A DNA stretch of 64,000 nt from Octopus vulgaris (lineage: Eukaryota), in NCBI GenBank assembly GCA_951406725.2, contig OX597818.1:15996001-16060000 (forward strand), written 5' to 3'. The position numbers and the translations under genes were made by a program. Positions 37,860 through 51,249 of the stretch are shown piece after piece; positions within the stretch are counted from its first letter, which is position 1; every line of letters begins with the position of its first letter. Below the pieces are notes generated by a model that was given only the letters and a program-made list of their open reading frames with translations, had not been told where the DNA came from and searched no databases.

Positions 37860-38908
37860 TTTTTGCATTTAGTTTACAAAATTCTTTAAGTGAATTCATG
37901 TGTTGAAGCGTATTTTGTTGTGTCTGGGATGAGTCATTCTGTTTTAATGCCTTATTAACACACGCACTGGTTCAATTTCCACTCGTTTACTTATTTATTT
38001 AATTTTTTTCTAAAATTTTTATTGCTTCTTTCAACCTCTTCAATACTTGTTGACTCTGTCCGTTATTGGAGCTGCGTTCTTTTTGTTTGTTTGCTTGTGT
38101 ATGTGTATGTGTCAGTATGCATGTGTATACACTTATATGTATGTTTGTATGTATGCGCGTGTTTATGTATGTATTCTGCATATTCATGTGTTTCTGTGTT
38201 CATGTTTGTGTGTTTGTATGTATGTGTGTGTGTGTCACATACAAACACACAAACACATAAATATGCAGAATACATACATATATCTATATCTATCTATCCA
38301 TACTCTCAACAATGCGCCCTTAAATATGGTTTCTGATTACAAATATCTTGGGTCATACATATCCTCATCTGGAAAAGATTTTCTAACTAGAAAGTGTATG
38401 GCCTGGTCAGCCTGTAATGACATGCATAAGATCTGGTCATCAAATCTAAGTAGAGACTTCAAACTTGAAATCTTCAAAGCCACAGTCGAACCAATTCTAC
38501 TATATGGCTCAGAAATCTGGACGTTATCATAGAAGCTTGAGAGGCGGTTGGATGGAACCTACACTCGCCTCCTTATAAGAGCTCAAAATCTCTCGTAGAA
38601 GAGTCATCCAACCAAAATGCAAATATATAGGAAACTACCACCTGTATCATCTCTTGTGAAAGGTAGGAGAGTCCAGTTTGCTGGACATTGTTGTAGAGCT
38701 GAAAACGAGGCAATTTCTACTCTTCTCCTCTGGAAGCCATCTACTCGCAATACCAGAGGGCGCTCACTCTCCTATCCTGATGTAATCTCCAGGGATACAG
38801 GCATCCAGCAACAGGACCTCTGTAATTCTATGATGGACCATGAAGTCTGGCGTAGCATGGTAAATTCCATTGTCTCGACCACGGTCGAACAATGATGATG
38901 ATGATCTA

Positions 38909-38947
<39 letters not shown>

Positions 38948-39806
38948 CCTATGCCAGAGGTGTAATCAGCCCACTCATGCGTACCTTTCCCTTCATTGGA
39001 CACTAAACTCTGCTTGTGAAGATCTGATTAGGCAAGTGAAATCGAAATCAAATCAAATTCACAAATTCAATGACTGGCACTCATGCCAATGGAACGCTAA
39101 GAGCACCATCCGAGCGTGATCGCTGCTAGAGCAGCTGATTGGCTTCTGTGTGGGTGGTACGTAAAAAGCACCATTCAAACATGATTGTTACCAGCATCAT
39201 CTTAGTGGCACTTGTGGTAGTGGCACGTGAAAAACATTCGAACAAGGTCGTTGCCAGTGCCACTGGACTGGCTCCTGTGCAGGTGGCACATAAAAAACAC
39301 CACTTGAGTGTGGCCATTGCCAGTACCGCCTGACTGGCCCTCATGCCGGTGGCACATAAAAGCACCCACTACGCTCTTAGAGTGGTTGGCGTTAGGAAGG
39401 GCATCCAGCTTTAGAAACTCTGCCAGATCAGATTGGAGCCTGGTGCAGCCATCTGGTTTGCCAGTCCTCAGTCAAATCGTCCAACCCATGCTAGCATGGA
39501 AAGCAGACGTTAAACGAAACAAAACGAATGATATATATGTATACACACCTACATACAAACATACATACATACATACATGCATATGTGTATACTCATGCAC
39601 ACTGATGTACACACATGTGTACAATCTAATAAATAAAAAGAACGCAACTCTGATAATGGACAGAATCAATAACTATTGAAGAGGTTGCAAGAAGCAACAA
39701 AAAATTTTTTAAAAATTAAATAGATAAGTAAATGAGTGGAAATTGAACCTGTGAGTGTGTTGATTGATAGGGCATTAAAGCAGAATGACTCTCCCCAGAC
39801 ACAACA
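37860..39806. repeat. Inverted repeat arms (~37860-38095 and ~39625-39806) separated by LINE fragments
   Basis: TGTTGTGTCTGGG..GAGTCATTCTG pairs with CAGAATGACTC..CCCAGACACAACA, and AACCTCTTCAATA with TATTGAAGAGGTT. Confidence 0.7.
38324..38905 (+). mobile_element. 5'-truncated RTE-group LINE (second family) with (GAT)n tail
   Basis: DYKYLGSYI..KIWSSNLSRDFKLEIFKATVEPILLYGSEIWTL..RRVQFAGHC. Confidence 0.85.
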
Positions 39807-42178
39807 ATATCATCATCATCGTTTAATGTCTGTTTTCCATGCTGGCATGGGTTGGACAGTTTGACTGAGGTCTGGAGAGCCAGCAGTTGCACCAGGCTCC
39901 AATCTGATCTAGCAATGTTTCTACAGCTGGATGCCCTTCCTAATGTCAACCACTCCGAGTGTGTAGTGGGTGCTTTTTATGTGCCATTGGCACAGGATCC
40001 AGTTAGGCAAGCCTGGCATCAATCATGTTCAGATAGTGCTTTTTACATGCCACTGGAACAGGAGCAAGTCAGCGGGTACTGGCATCGGCCACATTCGGAT
40101 GGTGCTTTTTATGTGCCACCAGTATGGAAGTCAGTCCACGGGCACTGGCCACAGCTGCGATCTCACTTTAGTTGCTTAGTCTTCTCACTCACAGCATATC
40201 TCCAAAGGTCGCAGTCTCCTGTCATTGCCTCTGTGAGGCCCACTGTTCGAAGGTCATGCTTCACCGTCTTGTCCCATGTCTTCCTGGGTCTACCTTTTCC
40301 ACAGGTTCCTTCTACAGTTAGGGAGTGGCACTTCCTCACACAGCTGTCCTCATCCATACGTAACACATGACCATACCAGCACAGTCATCTCTCTTGCACA
40401 CCACATTTGATGCTTCTTATGTCCAACTTTTCTCTCAGAGCACTTACACTCTGTCGTGTATGCATGTCCTTAGCAGTCACGGGCCATATTTCACTGCCTT
40501 TGGTAGACTCTCCTCCTCTCATTCATTCTCCACATTCAGCAGTCTTTCATAATGGCATCTCCATATTTAACAAAAGTTAAATGATGATGATATATATGTG
40601 TGTGTATGTATATTTGAGTGCACACATTCCAATGTGTGTGAATATGAAACAGATGTGGTTCAGTGACAGAAAGAACATCTAGCTGTAAAATCTTGCCTCA
40701 AATATGTTTCTGTCCAATTTCTGCTAGCTGAGAAAAATAGATATGAAAACAACAAACAGTTAATACTGTGTTATAGTGTATTTTTTCTGTATGTGGTGTT
40801 TTTTTTCTAACTGAAATTCGTCTCCTACATTTCTCTACTAGTTAGAGTTTGCCATTTCGTATTTGGAATTCATTCCTTGGGAGGGACCAACTGCCTCCCA
40901 TTTGAGAATAGTTGTAAAGTGGTTGGCAGTAGGAAGGGTATCTAGTTGTGAAAGGAAGCATATGAGTGAGAAATGGTATCTCAATCCATCTTAGGAAATA
41001 CTAACTCTGGATAAGAACTGGCTTGTACTGTGATAACCTGTGCCAGTAGGGAAAGCAGAATTAAAATGATGATGATTGTGTATCTCAGCAGACATAGTTA
41101 ATTTAACATATATAGTCTATGTGGCATCAGTATGATAAACTAGATTAGAAGTCATGATGTCATATTTTTTTAACTGATATATATTGGTTTGGTCAAAGTT
41201 GGTTAGTCTATCAATGTCCCTTGTGATAGTAGCAGTACCTTGTTTAGTATGGTGAGGTCTTAAGTGATAAAGTGATCTGTGTTATGTAAGGTACCCACCT
41301 GCAGAAACCATGCCCAAATTAGAACATATGAACTTGATTTGAACCTGCAATCCCCACTCAGGAGGACAGCAACTAGATAAACTAAATCTGACTCAGACTG
41401 TGATAACCTGTCTAACCCATGCCAACATGAGGAGACATAAAATGAAAATGAGAAAATAAAGGTGATGATGATGATGATTGTTTTATATCAAAACAAGGAT
41501 AATTAATTTAACATATGTGGTCTATGACCTGTTACTCTGATAATCTAGATTTTTAAATTTGCACTAATGAAGTCATATTTATTAACTGATATGTCAGGTT
41601 GGTCAAAGTGGTATGGGCCATCAGAGTGCTTTTGATACTGGTGGTGAGCGATTTTGACTTGGTGAAGTTCTTAACTATATAAAGCATGGTGTTTCCTTCT
41701 TAAGAAATTATATTAGAAGCTTTAAAAAAAACTGAATATCAATCTATCTATCTATCACTCTTAAGTTACCTCTTCAAATCTTCTATAAAATTTAGAGCTA
41801 GCACTGAAAGTTACAATGTTTTATATACAAATACATCTATGTAAACAAGGCAATTGAAGATTGAAAATTGGGTAATGGGTGTATATAGATATCTCAGAAG
41901 TTATTGCTCCTTCTTCAGTACTATATCCAACCCATTAACTAACTATCCACGAACAAATTGCTTAAATACCCACTAAGTTTAGAGGTGTAACGCTAATGAA
42001 CAGACCAATTTATATATTAAACACACTCCTGGCAACTGGTATGTATGTATTAATTACTGATTGGGAAACTATATTTCATTTTGCAACCATAGTATACTAC
42101 TAAGTATATTAAAAATTTATATGCAAATATATTTGATTTGTACATTGGTCTATCCATTAGTGTTACAATGCTAAACTT

Positions 42179-42691
42179 GTGAAGGCGTAATGGCCCAGTG
42201 GTTAGGGCAGCGGACTCGCGGTTATAGGATCACAGTTTCAATTCCCAGACCAGGCATTGTGAGTGTTTATTGAGCGAAAACACCTAAAGCTCCACGAGGC
42301 TCCAACAGTGTGGTTGTGAACCCTGCTGTACTCTTTCACCACAACTTTCTCTCACTCTTTCTTCCTGTTTCTGTTGTACCTGTATTTCAAAGGGTCAGCC
42401 TTATCACACTCTATATCATGCTGAATCTCCCCAAGAACTATGTTAAGGGTACATGTGTCTGTGGAGTGCTCAGCCACTTGCACATTAATAAATGAGCTGC
42501 GACGTCACTGGTGCCAAGCTGTATTGGCCTTTGCCTTTCCCTTGTATAACATCTGTGGTGTGGAGAGGGGAGGCTGGTATGCGTGGGTGACTGCTGGTCT
42601 TCCATAAACAACCGTGCCCAGACTTGTGCCTCGAAGGGTAACTTTCTAGGTGCAATCCCATGGTCATTCATGGCCGAAGGGGGTCACAACA
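42179..42691 (+). mobile_element. Chimeric tRNA-derived SINE with 14-bp TSD
   Basis: TSD ACAATGCTAAACTT at 42165-42178 and 42692-42705. The 3' part from ~42490 matches family B, the 5' part does not. Confidence 0.75.
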
Positions 42692-42744
42692 ACAATGCTA
42701 AACTTAGTAGGTGTTTAAACAATGTGTTCATAGTTAATGGGTTG

Positions 42745-42798
42745 GATGAGGTGCTGAAGAAGGAGCAGTAACTCCTGAAATATGTATATACACCCATC
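42745..42798 (+). ncRNA. Type I hammerhead ribozyme motif
   Basis: gatg-a-ggtg-CTGAAGA-aggag(cagtaa)ctcct-GAAA-tat(gt)ata-TA-cacc-catc. Predicted cleavage after A42790. Confidence 0.7.
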
Positions 42799-45700
42799 AC
42801 TTATTTTTCTATCTTCTATTACATTGTTTACTTAGCTGTATTTATATACAAAACATTGTAAATTATGATGGGCTTCTTTCACTTTCCAACTACCAAATCC
42901 ACTCAAGGCTTTGGTAGGCCTAGGGCTACATTAGAAGACACAATCAAAGTTACACGCAATAAGATTGAACCCAAAGTCATATAGTTGGGAAGCAAACTTC
43001 TTACCACACAGCCATACCTGCACCTATAGTTGATTAGATCAATGTCTGGTCTTATCTGGTATTTATGTTACCAATCCTGGAAGGATGAACGAGTCAAAAT
43101 CAACCCCAGCATAGTTTGAACTCAGAATATAAAGTAATATAACTAAACACTTGAAGACATTCACAGGAAAATCTGAATTGCTTAAAATTTTCATAGTGTG
43201 TTGAATTAAATGTCCCCTCTTGTGTGTTTAAAATAGTTTTTTTTTGTAGTTTACATAGAAGAGTAAAAGCAGTACTTATGACTCTTTTTAGGGAAGGAAT
43301 GATGTTAAACTTAAAAGAGAGTCCCATATTGACTCTTGTAACAGACGGGACTCTGCTAAAGACACCCAAGGGCTATGTGGGGGGTATCAGATCAGACAAC
43401 AGATTTAATCTGTCAGTAGATTAGCTCCTTTGTTATTATATTTCTTTTGAAATATACTATGTTTAAATTAATTTTGGAAGTAATGAAGAATTTAATAGAA
43501 TAACTTTGTCTCATTAAGCTGGTGTTTGGAATATAAATTAACTTGAAATTTTCTCAGGAAGTTTTAATTTAGATTACTTTAAAGCAGAAAGGGTATAACT
43601 AGCACTTGGGTTGGTCTTAGGCAGATTGGTATTCAAAATTTTGAGTCTATCATTCAAGAACAGGAATGAGCTCATTGACATAATTTGAAAGTAATTTTCT
43701 CTTGTGTCCTTGTAGATGCCTGCAATTTTTTCCCCATGCCAATTCCATGTAAGAGGTACTTGTATCAGTGCCATGTTAAAAGCATCCATGCTAGTTCCAT
43801 GTAAGAAGCACTTGTGCCAGTGCCAGTGCCACATATAAAGTACCCACATCAGTGTGATGTATAAAGCACCCATGTTGGTGCCATATATAAAGCACCTGTG
43901 CTGGTGCAATGTATGAAGCATCTGTGCTGGTGTCATGTAAGAAGCACCTGGCACACTCTGTAAAGTGGCTGGCATTAGGTTGAGCTGTAGAAACCATGCC
44001 AAAACAAACAATTAAGGTAAAGAAAGGTAAAGTTACCTTCTTGAGTCATGCTGACTCATAATGGCTGGTTTCCTTGTTTCATGGTGCATGAATTCTCCAC
44101 CTGGATGGTACACCAGTCTGTTGCAGGATTACTCATTTTTGCCAGCTGAGTGGACTGGAGCAACATGAAATGAAGTGTTTTGTTCAAGAACACAATGTGT
44201 TGCCTGTTTCAGGAATTGAAACAACAATCTTACAATCATGAGTTCAAGACCCTAACCACTAAGCCATGCACTTCCACAAAACAGACAATTAGAAGGTGGA
44301 CAACTCTCCAGCCACCTCCAGTCAAACCGTCCAACCCATGCCAGTATGGAAAATTGATATTAAATGATGATGATGATGAGTTCAGATTAGACATTATCAA
44401 CACTAATTTCACCTAATTATCTTTGTTCGTTTGTGTAGATGAGTTTGTAATGTGTTTAAGTTCGGCTTCCTTATTCTAACCAATGGCGACAAAGGTAACG
44501 CACTCTGCTATTATTTTGTTCGGATCTTCAAAGATAACAATATCATGTGAAACAATTAAATTTGTTTATTACATTTATTTATAAACATAAACTTAGAAAC
44601 AAAGGTCGTGGTTTAAAGATGTTAAACTAATTGCCCCCTTAATCATAAGTTTCAAACACCTCTATCAGAACCATTCTGTTAATTTATAAAATCAGTTATC
44701 TTATCTTCACTTGTTTAAACCAGGCTTAAGGGGCTAATGAGTGCTTCTGCTTCATTATCATCATCATCATTATTATCATTCTTTCTCTCCTCCTGTTCTA
44801 CTTTGCTTTTTCCTCGTCTTTCTTGCTTTTCTTGCTTTACCCTCCTCTCCTTTCTTATTCCCCACTTCTTCTTTCTCCAATTTGTTTCTCTCACCTCACT
44901 TTTTTTTTCCATCTTCATATTTGTCTAGTTGTAGGATTATATGTTATTTGATACTTGTGCACTACATTAACCCTCTTGGGACACCCAGGCTAATTGATCG
45001 GCCTATGTGATACAAGCTGAAAGGACTTTGAGGCTGATCCATTGGCCCAATGGGGCAAATGTTGTCAATGTTTGGTTTTGAAGTGTAATAGCTAATCAGA
45101 GATTGTCTTTCAGTATATGTATCTCAATAGCAACAAAAGTTCTGGTCTTTTTGTCTTCACAAACCAAAACGTCATGTATCTAAAAGGGGTTAAAGAGTGT
45201 GTGTGTGAGAGAGAGAGAGAAAAAAGTTGATGTTTAGCCTCAGATCATCTCTGATCAAATAGACCTATTCCAGTCATGACCATCTAGCCTATTTTTTTTC
45301 TTTCAGTCTATGTGTGCCTGGGACACAGAGACTGAATGTCAAGTACATGTGGAGGACAAATACAGACACAAAGGCACACACACACATACAATAAGCTTCA
45401 TACAGTTTCTGTCTCCCAAATCCACCCTCAAAGCTTTGGTTGGCTTGAGGCTCTAGAAGAAGACACTTTTCGAAGGTGCCACACAGTGGGACTGAACTTG
45501 GAACTGTGTGATTGGGAAGTAAACTTCTTACCACTAAGCCACATCTGTGTCTATAAAAGTGAGATGTTTACAGCACCTAAGTTCCCCAAGTTTTAACCCA
45601 AGTCTACCAAATCCACTCACAAGGCTTTGGTCAGCCCAAGGCTGTGGTAGAAGTTGCTTGCCCAGGGTGGCATGCAGTGAGGCTGAATCCAGAACCATGT

Positions 45701-47404
45701 GATCACACTACTTTAATAATTGTTATTAGAAATCTATTGTCGTCCTCCTATTAGTAAAAATAGCTGATTAATATACCAATGTTAAGAAACAAATTTAAAA
45801 TACAGTGTTTTTTTAATTTTATATGACAATGATTTGGAAGCATTCTAATATTGCAGAGTGCTGCTTCTGGTATTACTTTGTTTTAATGCACTTAATATTT
45901 AATGTCTTAATCTAATGCTAATGGATATTGCAAAGAAATGTCTTGTGTTTCCTCAGATGAAACACACACATACACAAACATACACACAGATGAAATAAAT
46001 GAATAAATAAATATATAAAATTAGAAGAAATAGTCTGGTTTCTTCTAGTTGGTGTTGTAACAGGTTGAAGTTTCCTCTGGGTGGGTCGTCTGTCCTCCAC
46101 AGATTAGTTGGATGATGGGGCTGCCATCTTGGTGTAGGCAAATTGGCAGGGTTGTTAGGATGTTGAATAGAATGTCTCAGAATTTGTTCTGTCTCTCCGA
46201 GATTCCAAATTCAAATCCCTCTGAACTCAACTTTGCTTTCCATCTTATGGGATTAATAATAATAAAAATGAAAGTACTAATCCATGATGGTGTGAAGGCG
46301 GAACTATCAGAAAATCAAATCAGACTGCATACTTTGTGGTATTTGTTCCACTTCTTTATGTTTTGAGTTCAAATCCCAGCATAGCCTGATTGGGTGGTAG
46401 AGTTCATCCATTATCCAGGTTAACACATTATTCACTGGCATGTTGGACAACATCAGCAGACTCCTCAGATCTCATTTTGAGAATACCATCCCAATCCTTT
46501 GTGCCTCCCACTAGTCTTGGAGGTCCTATAAAGGGTCATGTGCATTATCTCTCCTCTTGACTAACAAAAAAAAAAATCTCAGCCAAATCTTCCTCAAAAT
46601 ACTCTGAGGAGATGTCTGATTTTGAGCTTCTGCCCACATATTCCAGACCTACTCACTTATAAATAAATACATATAAATAGATAAATATTGATGTGATACA
46701 TAAAACGCAGTGAATTTACATTTAAAAGTTATAATACATCAGTGTAATAAAAATTTGAGATGATAAAACATTAAAAGGACGTACTAAAATGACACAGAAT
46801 AATACAAAAATTTTTTAATTCCATCTACGGGCTGTTTCAGAGACATGCCAAGTAATATGATATATTTTATATTTTTAAAATTGACACTCCCCTCTACAGG
46901 ATGTTTTTACACAATATACACAAAACACAAATACAGAAGTACAATTATACAATTACATACCAGCCTCCTGAAAGAATCTAGTTCACTCCATAACATCACT
47001 GGTATTAGGAAGGGCATCCAGTTGCAGAAACCAGGCGAACACAGACATTGGAGCTCAGAGCAGTTTTCTGGTTTAATGCCAGCGACATTATAAACCACTC
47101 TACAAACTAGACTGTAAAGTGATTTTATGAGGGGAAAATCATCCAACTGCGAAAATAAAGTTGATAAAATATTGTATATAACAACAATGTTGGACAGTTT
47201 GGCATTGTGTCAAATGACAAAGGACTAATAGTGAATGGTGAAATGCTTTGAGAGTTATCCAATTGATATCAATATGGGAAAATAGGTGTAAAATGAGGAT
47301 AATGGTTGCTAATTGAGGTATAAGGACCACAATGTGTGAGGAGAGGAGTTTAGTTGGTAATACTGACTGAAACAAGTTAAAGAATAAAAAGATATAATAA
47401 TGAA

Positions 47405-47886
47405 ATTATTGTATATGGTGCTCAGGTGCACCACAACTTGTCAAAAGTGTGTATAAAGCATATGCAGTAATGTACAAATGTCTGGAAAGCGAACAATGTA
47501 TGAGTCAGATACATGCTTGCGTGTGTATGGAGGGGAGAAAATCAGGTGTAGTGTTGGCAAATCTCAGGAAGCATGGAAGTTTTGAAGGATGCAGTGCTCC
47601 GACAACTAACAACTGATGCCGGCAGTTTGTTCCATGCTTCAGCAACTCTTAGCATGAAAAAATGTTTCCAAAAGTCATGGGAGCTGTGCTGTTTTCTGAC
47701 TTTGTAAACATGTCCATGGGTGTTAGACAGATGGAGTTTGAAAAGGTGCTCAGAGTTATTGTTTGTAAGATGGTTAATAATTTTATGGGTGTCTGCCAAG
47801 TCAGCTGCCAGATGTTGGAGTTTCAATGTATCCATGCCCAGGGAAGTAAGGCGTTCAGAATATGGCAAATGCCTGATGGAGGGTAT
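47405..47886 (-). mobile_element. CR1-group LINE 3' end
   Basis: IPSIRHLPYSERLTSLGMDTL..THGHVYKV..KHFFMLRVAEAWNKLP..SFK. Confidence 0.85.
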
Positions 47887-47910
47887 GTGTGTGCGTGTGT
47901 GTGTGTGTGA

Positions 47911-47978
<68 letters not shown>

Positions 47979-48084
47979 GGAATAATTGGTATGAAACATT
48001 GTGTAGAAGATATTGCATAAAGGATTGTGGGTAAGGCCAAAGCAATGCAAAGTAAATGCAAGGCAAATCACAAGAAAACAAATA

Positions 48085-48240
48085 TGTGAATTAATGTAGA
48101 CTTACCTTGTATTCAATATTTCTAAGTTATGACCCTAATTTCAAGAAAATAAACAATAATCTGCAACATTCGTAAATTTCTTGAAAATGGGCCATAACCT
48201 CGAAATATTGAATACAATGTAAGTCTACATTAATTCATAT
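48085..48240. repeat. Imperfect palindrome, ~65-bp arms
   Basis: GAATTAATGTAGACTTAC..TGTATTCAATATTTC pairs with GAAATATTGAATACA..GTAAGTCTACATTAATTC. Confidence 0.8.
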
Positions 48241-48265
48241 ATGTATATATATATAATCATATATA

Positions 48266-48460
48266 CGAGGAAAAGTCAAAAATTATCCACACTTTTGCCA
48301 TAACATCTCTTTATTATTGTCACACTGCCTTCTGTGCGTGCGTGTTTATAGTTGGTACTATTGTGGTCACATGATCAAAGTTTGAGCCTGTTCATGCCAT
48401 TTTTCTTTTTGGCTTTACAGTGTAAGCATGGCTGCTCTACTAGCAATGTGCACCAAAGAA
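48266..48460 (+). mobile_element. Mariner 5' end fragment
   Basis: TA|CGAGGAAAAGTCAAAAATTATC terminus and start MAALLAMCTKE. Confidence 0.5.
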
Positions 48461-48963
48461 TGTCTAGGTGTTGACTGGAAGCTGGTGTAGCTCTCCAGCT
48501 CAGTCAAACTCTGACCCATGCCGGCATGGAGAGCAGATATGAAATAATGAGGATGATGATGATGGGGATGATGTTAACCCTAACTCTTTTTACTATCCTC
48601 ATATCACTGCCTTTAAAAACGGTGGTGTACTGGCAGAATCATTTGAGCATCAGACAAAATATATTTGTTCCAAGTCTTTATCTTCTGATTTCAAATCTTG
48701 CTGAGGTCACCTGTACCTTTCAGCCTTTAGCAGGCAGATGAAATAAAATATCAGTCAAGTATTGAAATTAGTGTTATCAGATAAACTCATCTCCTCACAA
48801 ATTGCTGTCCTTGTGCACAGCCATTATCCTCATTTTACACCTGACACTCCATACTGGCATGGATTGGGCTACTCTCATACATAGCATTTCACTATTCATA
48901 ATAGTCCTTTGTCATCTGGATCAATATCGAAGAAACCTCCCACATGCTGTTGTGTATGTCATA

Positions 48964-49345
48964 CTCTCTTTTACTTGTTTCAGTCATGTGACTGTGGCCA
49001 TGCTGGAGCACCGCCTTTAGTTGAGCAAGTCGACCCCGGGACTTATTCTTTGTAAGCCCAGTACTTATTCTATTGGTCTCTTTTGCCAAAGTTAAGGGGA
49101 TGTAAACACACCAGCATCGGTTGTCAAGCAATGTTAGGGGGACAAACATGTACACACACATACATATATATATATAATATATACGACAGGCTTCTTTCAG
49201 TTTCCATCTACCAAATCCACTTACAAGGCTTTGGTTGGCCTGAGCTATAGTAGAAGACACTTGCACAAAGTGCCACACAGTGGGACTGAACCTGGAACCA
49301 TGTGGTTCGTAAGCAAGCTACTTACCACACAGCCACTCCTATGCC
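48964..49345 (-). mobile_element. Family C SINE
   Basis: Reverse complement of 3783-4207. Confidence 0.8.
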
Positions 49346-51249
49346 TCGTGTCATGTTTAATTTTTCTCTTTTCCTGGCTGCGTATCTTTCTTCAAATAAA
49401 TTACTTTGTAGTCTAGACTATTCCTCTGGTTTTTCTACTGAATGAAATTTTAAAATGAGTCCTTTTAAAAATAATTCTTTCTGCTCTAGGCACAAGCCTT
49501 GAAATTTTGGAGGAAGGGTCTTGTTGATTACATGAACTCCATTGTTCAACTGATCCTTGTTTTATCAATCCCAAAAGGATGAAAGGCAAAGTTGACCTCA
49601 GCTGACTCTGAACTCAGAATGTAAAGCTAGAAGAAATACCACTAAGCATTTTGTCTGGCATGCTAATGATTCTGCCAGCTCACCACTTTAATAATAATCC
49701 TTTCTACTATAGGCACAAGGCCTGAAATTTGGGGGAGGGAACAGTAGATTACATCAACCCCAGTATACAACTGGTTCTTAGTTTATTGACCCTGAAAGGA
49801 TGAAAGGTAAAGTTGACCGTGGTAGAATTTGAACCCAGAATGTAAAGATTGATGAAATGCCGCTAAGCATTTTGCTTGGCATAGTAACGATTCTACAAGA
49901 TCATCATATTAGTAATAATCATCATCATCATCATCATTTAACGTCCGTTTTCCGCGCTAGCACGGGTTGGACGGTTCGACCGGGGTCTGGGAAGCCAGGG
50001 GCTGCACCAGGCTCCAGTCTGATCTGGCAGTGTTTCTACAACTGGATGCCCTTCCTAACGCCAAACATATCTTGTCTTTACATATTAGTAATAATAATAG
50101 TAATAATAATAATAGTAATTTCTACTCTAGGCACGGGGCCTGAAAAATTTTGGGGAAGGGGTTAATCGATGTAATTGACCTCAGTGCTCAATTGGTATTT
50201 ATTTTATCAATCACGAAATGGTTGAAAGGCAAAGTTGACATTACTATATTTTGGACTCAGAACATTAAACTAGATGAAATGTTGCAAAGCATTTTGTCCA
50301 CCATGCTAACAATTCTACCAGCTTGTCACAATCATCTTTAGAAAATTTTTAAACTTTAATAACCACAATTTTCTGTGAAACTTTTACCCTTCTTTTCTCC
50401 CTGACTACTCGAATATGTAAACACATCTTTTATTGCAACAACAAATTAAACGTACGATAAAAACTAAGGAGATAAGCAACTGCCAATATATACAAACTGC
50501 ACAATTATGAAAACTGTAAACCATTGCAAAACCTATAAAAAGCAAAGAAAAATTCAACGATGTAAATATCAGTTTATATATATTATTATTTTTTCTATCA
50601 GTAATTAAAACAGAACAAGGTGATTGGTTCTTTCCAAGGCCACGCACAGTCAGCTCTGTCATTGATTGCTAGTAGTAGTAAATCCTGCTACTGCTGTTGC
50701 CACTGCTCTGCTACTATTACTACTACTATACATAAATTCAACAATAAAGGTAGCAGTTGACAATGGCGATAGAAAGCTACCCAGACAAAGACAACAACTA
50801 CAACTTGCCAACCGACCCATCCCTCTCGGATCCTGTGGTTAGAGAACATAGCCTAGCTAGTGACAAAAACAACAATGATAAAAACACTTGCTGTGGTTAC
50901 AGAAGTAAGGACAAAAGCAAGGATCTTGGTTTTCATATGCTGAACCTTTCCATTTAAGAGGACTACAAGTGAGCAATGAACTCTAAGAAGTCATTAGGCA
51001 TGATAGAATGAGTAGTTACATCTCTTTCAAATTGCACCTAACATCGTAGAGGAAGGACAGATCAGATAGTGTAATTCTGCATGTGGCTGTTCATGTGAAC
51101 AGCACAGGGAATTGGTGCCACCCTTGCCCTGCATAGGTCAGTGTAACCTCTACATCTGTGGGAGGCCTCTGGAAATTTACACAAGGTAAACTTGGCATCC
51201 CAAAGCCTTAGCCAGCAACCAAGTTAGAGCTCATCGTTGTTGTTGTTAA

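Larger units (their letters stand above)
41811..42861. repeat. Inverted repeat (arms ~41811-41985 and ~42695-42861) carrying a hammerhead motif
   Basis: TGCTCCTTCTTCAG..TCCAACCCATTAACT pairs with AGTTAATGGGTTGGA..CTGAAGAAGGAGCA. Confidence 0.75.
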
